A DNA stretch of 64,000 bases from Thermotogota bacterium (GTDB lineage: Bacteria > Hydrothermota > Hydrothermia > LBFQ01), in NCBI GenBank assembly GCA_013153965.1, contig JAADDJ010000052.1, positions 5,944 to 69,943 of the forward strand. The letters run 5' to 3'. The position numbers were made by a program, and so were the translations under genes. The notes beneath the pieces were generated by a model. That model made no database searches. It saw only the letters and a list, made by a program, of their open reading frames with translations, and was not told the DNA's origin. Of this stretch, positions 28,592-36,574 are shown one piece after another (the first letter of the stretch is position 1; the number at the start of each line of letters is the position of its first letter).

Positions 28592-29301
28592 GTCTCTACC
28601 TCCTTTTTCTCTTTCTCCAGACGTAAGAGCAGAGGATCAGGCAATCCCAACTCACGGAAAGCCTCCGCCCTCTGAACGCACGTGGGGCACCTGCCGCAGG
28701 GCCATCCGTCTTTGGGGGAGTAGCAGGACCACGTCCATTCGTAGGGTACTCCCAGCTTGAGACCGAGGCGGATGATGTCGGCCTTCCTCATGCCCACGAA
28801 GGGGGTATGGACCTTGATCCTCCGCTTACCATCAAAGGCGAGCGATGAGCCGGCATTCAGAAGGGCCTCAAGGGCGGAAGCCCACTCCGGACGTGTATCC
28901 GGATAGTTGGGAACGTCGGAGGCATGGACTCCGAGGACGATGTCCGTTATCCCCTTCACCTCCATGTAGGCTCCGGCCACGACCCCGAAGAGCGAGTTCC
29001 TCATCGGAACGTAGGTGGATATGGTTCCCCGGGGAGGGTACTCACCCTCCGGCACGTCCATGCTCTCGTCCGTGAGGGCGGAGCCCCCGATGTCCTTGAG
29101 AATTGACAGGTCAATCACCCGGTGCTCCGCAACACCGGCCATCTCGGCCAACCGCCTCGCGTACTCCACCTCCAGCGCGTGCCTCTGACCGTACGTGAAG
29201 GTCAGGGCATGCACCTCCTTGAACCTTTCCAAAGCCCACCATAGGGCGGTGGCAGAGTCTATGCCGCCCGAAAGAAGCACCACACACTTATCGTTTTCCA
29301 T
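28588..29301 (-). CDS. queC: 7-cyano-7-deazaguanine synthase
   Basis: VVLLSGGIDSATAL PP-loop, C-terminal CxxC...C zinc site. Confidence 0.9.
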   Translation of the reverse strand: MENDKCVVLLSGGIDSATALWWALERFKEVHALTFTYGQRHALEVEYARRLAEMAGVAEHRVIDLSILKDIGGSALTDESMDVPEGEYPPRGTISTYVPMRNSLFGVVAGAYMEVKGITDIVLGVHASDVPNYPDTRPEWASALEALLNAGSSLAFDGKRRIKVHTPFVGMRKADIIRLGLKLGVPYEWTWSCYSPKDGWPCGRCPTCVQRAEAFRELGLPDPLLLRLEKEKKEVET

Positions 29302-29349
29302 GATAGGCGGAACTTGATATTATATACCCGCCGCTTAGGTTTTCTGCCA

Positions 29350-29377
29350 AGAAAAAGGGGGGCCGGTTGGCCCCCCT
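29350..29377 (-). terminator. Rho-independent terminator (GGGGGGCC-aacc-GGCCCCCC then U-run) downstream of the 29398 gene
   Basis: Perfect 8-bp GC stem, 4-nt loop, followed by TTTTTC on minus strand. Confidence 0.6.
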
Positions 29378-29397
29378 TCCCTCACGTTGCGTGCGGT

Positions 29398-30162
29398 TCA
29401 GTACTTCAGCCAGCCCAGACCGGCGACCTTGTCCTGCACATACACCTTGACGGGAGCGCTGTAAGGTCCGGTTCCGCTGGTGGCACCCACCTCAACCATG
29501 CCGAAGTAGTCGGAGTTATCCACGTTCCCGTCCTTGTTGAGGTCAAACCAGGTGTAGTACATGGAGTTGCCGGAGATGTCCTTCTCGTCCATGTAGTCGC
29601 TGGTGGAGTTGGGAGCGAGATACTCCCTCGTGTGGTCGGCGAAGCGGGTATAGACCTTACCCATGCCGATGGAGGTCCTGTGGATGTCCTTGAACTGCAG
29701 GGTGCCGGCGTTGTTGTAGAAGACGAAGTACGCGGTGGCGTCAAGGGTGGTATCCACACCGGCCTGATTGGTGGTGCTGGCATCAACGCTATCGCCGAAG
29801 CACACCTTTATCCAAGAGTGGTGGGTGGAGTCGGGGTCGTCGTGGGTATAGACCACGCCGAGATCCTTGGAGAAGGGCATGAGGTCCAACGAGTACTTGC
29901 CACCGCCCACGGCCTCAACCTCAACCATGGAATACACGCCGTCGGCACCGGCGAGGACGAAGTGGGTGCTGTCTATCTCGGCTATCATGTTGCCGTCGCC
30001 GTAGATCCTGTAGGTAGATGCGCCCTCAACGGGCTCCCACGAGAGATCCAGATCCGCACCGTTGTTGACGGCGGTGGCCGTCACATCGGGAGTCCCCACG
30101 TTCCCATGGCAACCCGCGAAAGCCAGTGCGCCTACGAAGAGAAGAGCGCTAAACCTTTTCAT
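29398..30162 (-). CDS. Secreted lipoprotein of unknown function
   Basis: Signal peptide with lipobox (LAFAGC). TAAAAT then 9 nt then ATG; the -10 overlaps the upstream stop codon. Confidence 0.55.
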   Translation of the reverse strand: MKRFSALLFVGALAFAGCHGNVGTPDVTATAVNNGADLDLSWEPVEGASTYRIYGDGNMIAEIDSTHFVLAGADGVYSMVEVEAVGGGKYSLDLMPFSKDLGVVYTHDDPDSTHHSWIKVCFGDSVDASTTNQAGVDTTLDATAYFVFYNNAGTLQFKDIHRTSIGMGKVYTRFADHTREYLAPNSTSDYMDEKDISGNSMYYTWFDLNKDGNVDNSDYFGMVEVGATSGTGPYSAPVKVYVQDKVAGLGWLKY

Positions 30163-30174
30163 GACGAATATATT

Positions 30175-30975
30175 TTAAGGTCGGAGGGTGCCTTCGTGCC
30201 TCAGGGTCCCAACGAGCTCCAGATTTCGCGCGAGGAAATCCGTATATCTCTCCCCGTAGGCGGGATGGAGGCGGATGGTTATAACCTTAACGCCGTCGGG
30301 CAGCGGAGGCAGAACGTCCCCCGTATCCCTGACGACGACGCCCACCCTCTCAGCCTCGGAGACGAACCTCCTGACCTCATCGGCCGAAGGCTCCCTAAAC
30401 TCGTTGCTCTGGAGCAGACACCGCACCTTGATGCCGTAGTTGGACAGGAAACGGGATACCAGTATTGACGAGGCACAGACCTCGCCCTCCAACCTCACGG
30501 AGAAGAGGGAATCAACGGTCCCCTTGAAGTTGGAGAGATTTTCGGGAGCGTACCTGTCGCTCTGGCATCTCCTCAGAGCGGCGTCCAAACTGTCCGCCAC
30601 CGCGAGCACCCCATCCCTGTAAAGCCAGAAGTGGGGATCCTCCAGATGGATGGTGATGGCCTTCCACCCCCGCGCCCACTCGTCCAGCTTGGCCACCCTA
30701 AGGAAGGCGCATCCGGAGAGGGCCTTGGCGTGGTCCTTGGGTGTGGGCTCGTACAGGTGCATGTGCCCCCCACCCCTGACTATGACGTGGTAGTCGCACT
30801 CTCCGCAGAGGTCCAGAGCCACGGAGTACATGGGAACGTTGGACAGGACTACCGTCCTCTCCCTCTGCGGTCCGCAGGACAGAGCCACGAGGGCCAGAAG
30901 GAGTAAGCTCCTCCTCATGATGTCTTTAGGTTGGATACGGCGGCCTTGAGGGTGTCCAAGGCCAGAGTCGCGCAC
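30175..30975 (-). CDS. Metal (Zn/Mn) ABC transporter substrate-binding lipoprotein, TroA/ZnuA-like
   Basis: Lipoprotein signal (LSCG), GGGHMHLYEPTPKDHAKAL His-rich metal-binding region. Confidence 0.55.
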   Translation of the reverse strand: MRDSGLGHPQGRRIQPKDIMRRSLLLLALVALSCGPQRERTVVLSNVPMYSVALDLCGECDYHVIVRGGGHMHLYEPTPKDHAKALSGCAFLRVAKLDEWARGWKAITIHLEDPHFWLYRDGVLAVADSLDAALRRCQSDRYAPENLSNFKGTVDSLFSVRLEGEVCASSILVSRFLSNYGIKVRCLLQSNEFREPSADEVRRFVSEAERVGVVVRDTGDVLPPLPDGVKVITIRLHPAYGERYTDFLARNLELVGTLRHEGTLRP

Positions 30976-31286
30976 CGCAGCCGGCTCCGCAGTATATCCG
31001 GCCCTATCCTCTCCTCCAAGAAGGTATGGTTTAGATCCATTATCTCCTCCGGCGTCTTGCCGTCTGCCTCCTCACACACTATTGAGGCGCAGGCTTGGGA
31101 GACGGCGCACCCCTCCCCGGTGAATGATACGCTCAACGTACCGTCCGAGTTCCTTCGCAGGTATATCACGACGACGTCCCCACACCCCGGATTCCCTCCC
31201 TTGAGGACCACGTCGGCCTCCTCCATCCGCCCCCTGCGGCGGGGACGCTGATAGTGGTCAAGGATGTAATCCAAGAACTCCTGCAT
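30915..31286 (-). CDS. NifU/IscU/SufU-like Fe-S cluster scaffold protein
   Basis: NPGCGD and GEGCAVSQA cysteine motifs. Confidence 0.7.
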   Translation of the reverse strand: MQEFLDYILDHYQRPRRRGRMEEADVVLKGGNPGCGDVVVIYLRRNSDGTLSVSFTGEGCAVSQACASIVCEEADGKTPEEIMDLNHTFLEERIGPDILRSRLRCATLALDTLKAAVSNLKTS

Positions 31287-31558
31287 CAGGATCCGCTCTC
31301 AACGAACTCCCGATAGTACCGGCTGAACTTGGACTTGAGGCGTGCCACCTTGTTGGGGTGGAATATCCTGCGCCGGCCCATCTTGTCAAGGACGGAGTAC
31401 AGCTCCCGCAGGAGGTTCTCCTTCTCCTCGGCGGTCTGGGCCTTCCTGAATCTCTTGCGGAGCATCCTGAATAGATTCTTCCAACGCAGGTTCCTGATGC
31501 GCCTACGCTCCTGCCTCCTCTGCGTCCTTAACACCGATATCTTCTTCTTGCTCGCCAT
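31286..31558 (-). CDS. rpsT: 30S ribosomal protein S20
   Basis: 90 aa, basic, typical S20 sequence. Leaderless CCAGTATAATACCCGCTT-ATG. Confidence 0.9.
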   Translation of the reverse strand: MASKKKISVLRTQRRQERRRIRNLRWKNLFRMLRKRFRKAQTAEEKENLLRELYSVLDKMGRRRIFHPNKVARLKSKFSRYYREFVESGS

Positions 31559-31578
31559 AAGCGGGTATTATACTGGTG
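31559..31578 (-). promoter_or_regulatory. rpsT promoter CACCAGTATAATACCCGCTT (TATAAT then 8 nt then ATG)
   Basis: Identical core to the uvrA, 62211 and 57951 elements. Confidence 0.55.
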
Positions 31579-31580
31579 TC

Positions 31581-31603
31581 GCTTCGGCGGTAAAATAGCC
31601 TCC
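31581..31603 (+). promoter_or_regulatory. Promoter GCTTCGGCGGTAAAAT then 7 nt then ATG for 31604 gene
   Basis: Twin of the etfB promoter. Confidence 0.5.
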
Positions 31604-32482
31604 ATGGTCCTTCTGATGCTGGTCTTCCAAACTCCGGGCGCCTCGGATACCACCGAGCCCTGCACGTGCGATCAGCTCCCGCAGGAGGAGATAGAGAGGA
31701 TCCTCAAGCAGATGGAGGAGGAGACCCGCTCCGTCCATCCGTCCGAGGTCCTATCCTTCGCCGAGAGCCTCTTTAAGGATGGCAAGTACAGGGAGGCGGC
31801 CTTGGAGTACCTGCGGTTCGTCACGCTGTTCCCCAACAGCGACAGCGCCGACTACGCCCACTTTATGGCGGCCTACAGCTACGAGTTGGCCGGGCTGTAC
31901 GAGTCCGCCGAGCGCCTCTTTAAGAAGCATCTGGAGGAGGGACGTAGGGGCGAGGTGTGGGTCCATTACGAGCTGGCGAGGATGTACCTGCATCTGGGGG
32001 ATACGGTGGCCTTCTACTCGGAGCTCTCCCAGATGCCCCGAAAGTCGCTTCAGCGCAAGGTCCTCATAGCATGGTTGAAGCTCGCGCAGGGGAACTGGGA
32101 GGGGGCCCGGAGGATATTGGCGGGGACTCCCCTTCAGGAGTACCTGCAACCTCCCAATCTGAAGTCCCCAACGAAGGCGGCCCTACTGTCAATCGTGCCC
32201 GGTCTGGGTCAGGCGTACGTTGGGAATCGGGGGACGGCTTACATGGGTGTTGCCTTCGTCGGCGGCTTCTACGCCCTCGCCGGATACTACGCCTTCAAGG
32301 AGAAGAGACTCCTACCCGCCTTGGCCTCCTTGGGAGTAGGTTTGGCATTCCACGCCGGCCAGATTTACGGCTCATGGGCCATGGCGAAGGTTATAAATAG
32401 GACGGAGTGGAGGGAGGTGATGGAGAGCTTCAAGCGGGGAGTTGATGAGGTGGTCAGACCGAAGATTGACGACTTCCTATGA
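31604..32482 (+). CDS. TPR-repeat protein with C-terminal 2-TM module (paralog C of a 3-member family)
   Basis: TPR-like N-terminal half. C-terminal LSIVPGLGQAYVGNRG plus two TM helices, shared with 33211..33903 and 33885..34574. Confidence 0.5.
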   Translation: MVLLMLVFQTPGASDTTEPCTCDQLPQEEIERILKQMEEETRSVHPSEVLSFAESLFKDGKYREAALEYLRFVTLFPNSDSADYAHFMAAYSYELAGLYESAERLFKKHLEEGRRGEVWVHYELARMYLHLGDTVAFYSELSQMPRKSLQRKVLIAWLKLAQGNWEGARRILAGTPLQEYLQPPNLKSPTKAALLSIVPGLGQAYVGNRGTAYMGVAFVGGFYALAGYYAFKEKRLLPALASLGVGLAFHAGQIYGSWAMAKVINRTEWREVMESFKRGVDEVVRPKIDDFL

Positions 32483-33252
32483 GGTGCGGCATAGACGAGG
32501 CCGGCCTGGGACCCCTGGTAGGCTCCCTCTTCGTGGTGGGTGTGAAGGTTGAGGGGGACCTATCCTCGGTGCGCGAGAGCAAGGAGGTCTTCAGGAGGAG
32601 CCTGCGCACCTACGCGGAGGGGGAGAGGGTGGTCTTAGGCCTTCTAAAGGCTCTGGGTATGTACTCGCCGAGCGTCTCCGAGACCTGGCGTAGGATATTC
32701 GGTCGCAGTCCGGCCATGCTTGAGGGTTTGAGATTCCCCCTCTTCGGCGGCTCCCCCTCACCGCTCCCCTTTAGGGTGTTGGATGTGGTGGCCGTTGAGG
32801 TGGAAGCCTTTCGGCTTCGTAGCCACCGCTTCGTGAAGGATGCCCGGGCGATGGTGAGCATAGCCTTGGGTCTAAATTGTCCGCAGGTCATCAGTGGATT
32901 GGCCGGAGGTTTCAAGGACTACGGACGGTTCCTTCGGGGCTGGGATGGGGAGAGGTTGGAGGATGGCATCCTCTACAGGCGGGGGAAGCGCAGGATCCTC
33001 TTCCTGAGGAAGGCGGACGCCCGATTCGGCGAGGTGGCCCTCGCATCCCTCATAGCCAAGTACCTGCGGGAGGTCCATATGCTGGCCCTGAATCGTCTCG
33101 TGGGCCTTGAGGGTGATATTCCTCCCGCGAGCGGATACCCATCGGACCCGATGACCCCAGTCCTGATTGAGAGGCTCATCGCGGCGGGGAGGACGGAGTT
33201 CCTGAGGGGTTCATCTCCACCCAACGCCCTCGGAGACCAGACTGTCGGCTAA
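32479..33252 (+). CDS. rnhB: Ribonuclease HII-like
   Basis: N-terminal CGIDEAGLGPLVGSL (DEAG catalytic motif). ATGA overlap with the upstream gene. Confidence 0.5.
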   Translation: MRCGIDEAGLGPLVGSLFVVGVKVEGDLSSVRESKEVFRRSLRTYAEGERVVLGLLKALGMYSPSVSETWRRIFGRSPAMLEGLRFPLFGGSPSPLPFRVLDVVAVEVEAFRLRSHRFVKDARAMVSIALGLNCPQVISGLAGGFKDYGRFLRGWDGERLEDGILYRRGKRRILFLRKADARFGEVALASLIAKYLREVHMLALNRLVGLEGDIPPASGYPSDPMTPVLIERLIAAGRTEFLRGSSPPNALGDQTVG

Positions 33253-33903
33253 AGCCCTGACGACTCTCATATCATCGTCGTACAGGTGCTTCCTGACCCT
33301 CGCGACACCCCCCTCGTAGAAGCGGAGTAGGACGATGGGTACGTACATGAGCAGGTCGTAGTACAGGCCGCGTTTGAGGAGGTAGTAAGCCCCCGCGAAC
33401 GACAGCAGGTTGGCCGCGAAGGTCTTCAGACCCTCCGAGTACCTCCCTATGAGAAGATGTCCCGAGCCGGGAAGCAGATAGGAGGCGGCGATGTAAATCT
33501 CGCGATTCCCACGGATGGGAGGACGATATCCCAAAGAGTCAAAGACGGCTTCGGCCCGAGCGTATCTGCCCAAGGCTATGAAGGCCAGTCCTCTAAGCAG
33601 CTTGGCCGTGCCGGATGTATCCCCCTCCAGAATCTCCAGAGCCACCTCCCTATCCCTCCCGAGTATCAGGGATGCCGCCTGAAGGTACTTGGCTTCGGGC
33701 ACGTACTCCCTCGCCAGCGAAAAGTAGTACGCGGCACGGTCGTACTTCCTCCGCAGATAGTGCGCGTATCCCACACGCAGGAGTATGAGGGACGAATCCC
33801 CCCTCCCCTCATAGAGCATGCGCTTGTACTCGGTTATGGCGTTGAAGAGGTCCCCCTCGGCCAGGAGGGAGTCGGCGAATGTGCTCAGAATAAGGGCAAC
33901 CAT
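33211..33903 (-). CDS. TPR-repeat protein with C-terminal 2-TM module (paralog B)
   Basis: Track ORF extends to 34101, but the paralog-matching start (MVALILSTFADSLL) is ATG at 33903. LLPGSGHLLIGRY plus 2 TM. Confidence 0.5.
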   Translation of the reverse strand: MVALILSTFADSLLAEGDLFNAITEYKRMLYEGRGDSSLILLRVGYAHYLRRKYDRAAYYFSLAREYVPEAKYLQAASLILGRDREVALEILEGDTSGTAKLLRGLAFIALGRYARAEAVFDSLGYRPPIRGNREIYIAASYLLPGSGHLLIGRYSEGLKTFAANLLSFAGAYYLLKRGLYYDLLMYVPIVLLRFYEGGVARVRKHLYDDDMRVVRALADSLVSEGVGWR

Positions 33904-34574
33904 CGGCTCACGTACTCCAAGGTTATCCTCTCGTTCATCTTCCGGACGGCCACGTAGGAGCCGTAGATGTTGCCGAGGTAGAAGTACGCGAAGGCGAGGC
34001 CATACACGGCCATCCTCGGCTTGCTGTCGTCCCGAGCCGCCAAGTAAAGCCCGAGGGCCAAGGAGGAGTTTATGGCGAAGGAGTATAGGCCATCCTTCCA
34101 TCTCCCCGCGTAGGCCTTCCCGAGTCCCGGAATGAGGGCCGAGAGGGCCGCCGCCACCGCGGGGGATTTCAGCCCGGGAGGGCGACCGAGGAGGTCGTAC
34201 GCCTTGCCGTCTCCGAGCATGGCCCCCGCCACCGCCTCCAAGGTGTCATCTCCCCTCCAGACGCGCCGGGCCTGTCCGTAGTCCCTCATCAGAAACATCA
34301 GCGTACCCAAATAGCGACGATAATCCCTCCCCGTGTGGTCCGTCGCCCAGTACTCCAGAGCCCTCATCCCCCCCATGGGATCCCCCAGAGCGACGTACGC
34401 CTCCAGCATCCTCCGCAGAACGTAGGAGTAGAGGGTGTCGGTGTCCCTACCCTCAATCCGCAACGTATAGAGAACCCGCTTGTACTCCAAGATGGCTCTG
34501 TACGGATCCCCCTCCAGATAGAGATCCCGGGCGAACATCAGAAGGCTGTCCAAGGAGGCTAAGAGGACCATCAT
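33885..34574 (-). CDS. TPR-repeat protein with C-terminal 2-TM module (paralog A)
   Basis: MMVLLASLDSLL..., LIPGLGKAYAGRW plus 2 TM. 19-nt overlap with paralog B start. Confidence 0.5.
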   Translation of the reverse strand: MMVLLASLDSLLMFARDLYLEGDPYRAILEYKRVLYTLRIEGRDTDTLYSYVLRRMLEAYVALGDPMGGMRALEYWATDHTGRDYRRYLGTLMFLMRDYGQARRVWRGDDTLEAVAGAMLGDGKAYDLLGRPPGLKSPAVAAALSALIPGLGKAYAGRWKDGLYSFAINSSLALGLYLAARDDSKPRMAVYGLAFAYFYLGNIYGSYVAVRKMNERITLEYVSRWLPLF

Positions 34575-34948
34575 CGGTAATCCTCCACGGGGTCGTATAT
34601 CTTGTATCCCCTCCCCTCCACGAAAACGACGCCCCCGTACTGCTCAGCGTAGGAGTACGCGCCCGGATGGCACCTCTGGAGCCTGTCGGATGAGAGGAGC
34701 AGGCCGCGGAGTGGGCCGTACTCTGCTATGGCCCGAGCCCCGAAGACGGAGCAGGATGGGTGGAAGTTGCACACCTCCCCCTGAATCTGGGAGACGCTCC
34801 CCCGGTAGAGTTTCCAAAGGAGGAGGAGGGTGCCCGTTATGGGATCCGAGGCGAAGACATCATCCCATCCTATAGTCCTCTCAGTTCGCGGCAGGTCGGG
34901 GAGGTCCGGCGTGAATCTAAGGGGGCCTAAAAGCAGTATCAGTCCCAT
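34571..34948 (-). CDS. yidD: Membrane protein insertion efficiency factor YidD
   Basis: FHPSCSVFGARAI...RCHP haemolysin-type motif. Confidence 0.7.
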   Translation of the reverse strand: MGLILLLGPLRFTPDLPDLPRTERTIGWDDVFASDPITGTLLLLWKLYRGSVSQIQGEVCNFHPSCSVFGARAIAEYGPLRGLLLSSDRLQRCHPGAYSYAEQYGGVVFVEGRGYKIYDPVEDYR

Positions 34949-35583
34949 CCCCTGTATATCACCTCAACGTCCGGAGGGAAGTCGCGCGCACGCACGTAAT
35001 CCGGCACCTGCGAATCGCTCTTAACGGCGATGCCGTGGAAGATGTAGGTCTCCCTGTAGGTTCCCCCGGGTGTGTGCATGACGGTCCTGATGGTGTCGGG
35101 GAAGCTGTAATCGTCATACACGCGTCTGATGCCGCCGAATTCCACCCTCAGGACCTCTCCGCCGTCGGGGCCGAAGGCCAGATACTTCACCATGGTGCCG
35201 TTTAGGGTGTATATGCGCAGCGTCATCTTGGCCTGCGGATGCCTGTAGGACTTTACGAGGGTGTCGCCCAAGTGCTTCGCGGATACGAACATGAATCCGG
35301 CCCTCTTCAGATTCTCCTCGGCGGAGCCGAAGGTCCCCATCCCCCCCTCCAGCATGCGGTGGGAGGACCGGAGCTTAAAGACCTTGCGATCCTCGGGATA
35401 GTATATTACGAGGGTGTCGGGCAGGAAGTACATTATCTGATTCACGGGTCTGACCACCCGCAGGATGGTTATCTTGGCGGGTTTCACGTAGAAGTAGCCG
35501 GATACCCGACCGTCGTCGGATTCCCTAATAAAGGAGCCCGACACCCATAAGGTGTCGGGCAGGGAGGCTGCTATCAGGAGCAT
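34939..35583 (-). CDS. Hypothetical periplasmic protein (LolA-like beta fold suspected)
   Basis: 214 aa, signal-like N-terminus, beta-rich. Weak call. Confidence 0.3.
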   Translation of the reverse strand: MLLIAASLPDTLWVSGSFIRESDDGRVSGYFYVKPAKITILRVVRPVNQIMYFLPDTLVIYYPEDRKVFKLRSSHRMLEGGMGTFGSAEENLKRAGFMFVSAKHLGDTLVKSYRHPQAKMTLRIYTLNGTMVKYLAFGPDGGEVLRVEFGGIRRVYDDYSFPDTIRTVMHTPGGTYRETYIFHGIAVKSDSQVPDYVRARDFPPDVEVIYRGWD

Positions 35584-35586
35584 CCT

Positions 35587-35985
35587 CTAATATCCGGAGT
35601 TAGCGCTGGCGGCCGCTCCGGCTACCAGACAGCAGTAGGAGCCGTAGCAGAGCGTGGCAAGGACCGTGGATGCCACGCAGCCGATGGCGGCCTTCTTCAC
35701 CTGTATGTCCTTTCCGGCCCTCTTGTAGCAGTCGGTATAGACGGCCACGTACTGGGGGTCCTTACCGACGAGACGGGTGGCCGGAGGGTCAGGCTCAAGC
35801 ACGTAGGCCGCACCCACGCCCAGAATGCCGAGGAAGAAACCGGCCGCGAGCCACAGGGTGCCGTTGACATCGTTCTGCACGTCCATCTGGGCCTGCTGGC
35901 AGGCCTCGCTGGCGGCCTGCGCCTGCAGAGCCACCGGCGCTGCTATCATGGAGACCGTTGCCAAAGTTAATGCCGCAAATCTCAT
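35587..35985 (-). CDS. Small secreted/membrane protein P1 (paralog of 37059..37424)
   Basis: Signal peptide, one TM (LWLAAGFFLGILGV), conserved PxxRLxGKxPxxVxxYx(D/E)CYxR...GC motif. Own TAGAAT promoter and canonical SD AAGGAGG 7 nt upstream. Confidence 0.5.
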   Translation of the reverse strand: MRFAALTLATVSMIAAPVALQAQAASEACQQAQMDVQNDVNGTLWLAAGFFLGILGVGAAYVLEPDPPATRLVGKDPQYVAVYTDCYKRAGKDIQVKKAAIGCVASTVLATLCYGSYCCLVAGAAASANSGY

Positions 35986-36030
35986 AACCTACCTCCTTTT
36001 TAAGGTTAGGAAGTACGAGATTCTAAGGAG
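35986..36030 (-). promoter_or_regulatory. P1 promoter (TAGAAT) plus canonical Shine-Dalgarno AGGAGG 7 nt before ATG
   Basis: Minus strand: CCTTAGAATCTCGTACTTCCTAACCTTAAAAAGGAGGTAGGTT-ATG. Contrasts with the leaderless heads elsewhere. Confidence 0.5.
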
Positions 36031-36091
36031 GAAATCCCCAAGCAACTTTCCGTTTGCTGGAAATCCTGCAACTCCATCCCGGATGGTGGAG

Positions 36092-36574
36092 CTACACCCT
36101 TTGGATGATGAGATAAAGGGAGACGAGGAACAGGAGAAGGAAGATGACACCGGTTAGGAGGGGGATCCTCTGCTCAACCTCGGTCAAACGCCTATAACCT
36201 TTGCGCTTGAGCATCTCCCACTCTCGCGAGTAGCATTGGCAAGGGAGTCGCTTTTCCATCTCATGGATGACCGCGAACTTGGCCGAGTTAAGGCGTCGGT
36301 AGGACTCCAAGTTCCTGTACCAGATGAAGCACAGGGCCATCCCCAGAGCAGCCAGAAGCGCGAGCAGGACGGGGGAGAGCATCTCCCGGCTCTGGAGGAT
36401 GGGGATGAGGGCCATCAGGGCCGAGAGGAGGGAGATGTAGAATCTGTTGGTGCGCTCTCTCCTGTCGCTGACCCTGTCCGCCATCTCCACGTAGAGTTTA
36501 TACTGCTCCAACAGGTCGTTGCATCCGCAGTTCCTGTCGCTCATATCGGGCATATCTCCATCCGCATGTTGCAC
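36092..36574 (-). CDS. Small 3-TM membrane protein, candidate effector partner of the TIR protein (SLATT-like architecture: N-terminal helix, 2 TM with short loop, helix, plus extra C-terminal TM)
   Basis: 160 aa from track. Internal ATG at 36544 (MSDRNCGCND...) forms an ATGA overlap with the TIR stop codon, giving a 150-aa product. TM1 YISLLSALMALIPIL, TM2 VLLALLAALGMALCFIW, TM3 IPLLTGVIFLLLFLVSLYLII. CxC pairs in both soluble segments. Confidence 0.5.
   Translation of the reverse strand: MQHADGDMPDMSDRNCGCNDLLEQYKLYVEMADRVSDRRERTNRFYISLLSALMALIPILQSREMLSPVLLALLAALGMALCFIWYRNLESYRRLNSAKFAVIHEMEKRLPCQCYSREWEMLKRKGYRRLTEVEQRIPLLTGVIFLLLFLVSLYLIIQRV

Noticed and set aside
31561-31576. Recurring GGGTATTATACTGG-type 14-18-mers (31561, 62213, 57953, 47965, 2910, 49407) considered as CRISPR repeats, REP elements or IS ends
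   Set aside because: Copies are dispersed, always within 8-10 nt of a start codon in gene orientation, and have no regular spacing or spacers. They are interpreted as promoters. No CRISPR array, cas gene or transposase found in the window.
33904-34101. N-terminal 66-codon extension of track ORF 33211..34101, overlapping paralog A by 217 nt
   Set aside because: Alignment with the two paralogs places the start at ATG 33903 (MVALILSTFADSLL); the extension is Arg/Leu-rich junk.
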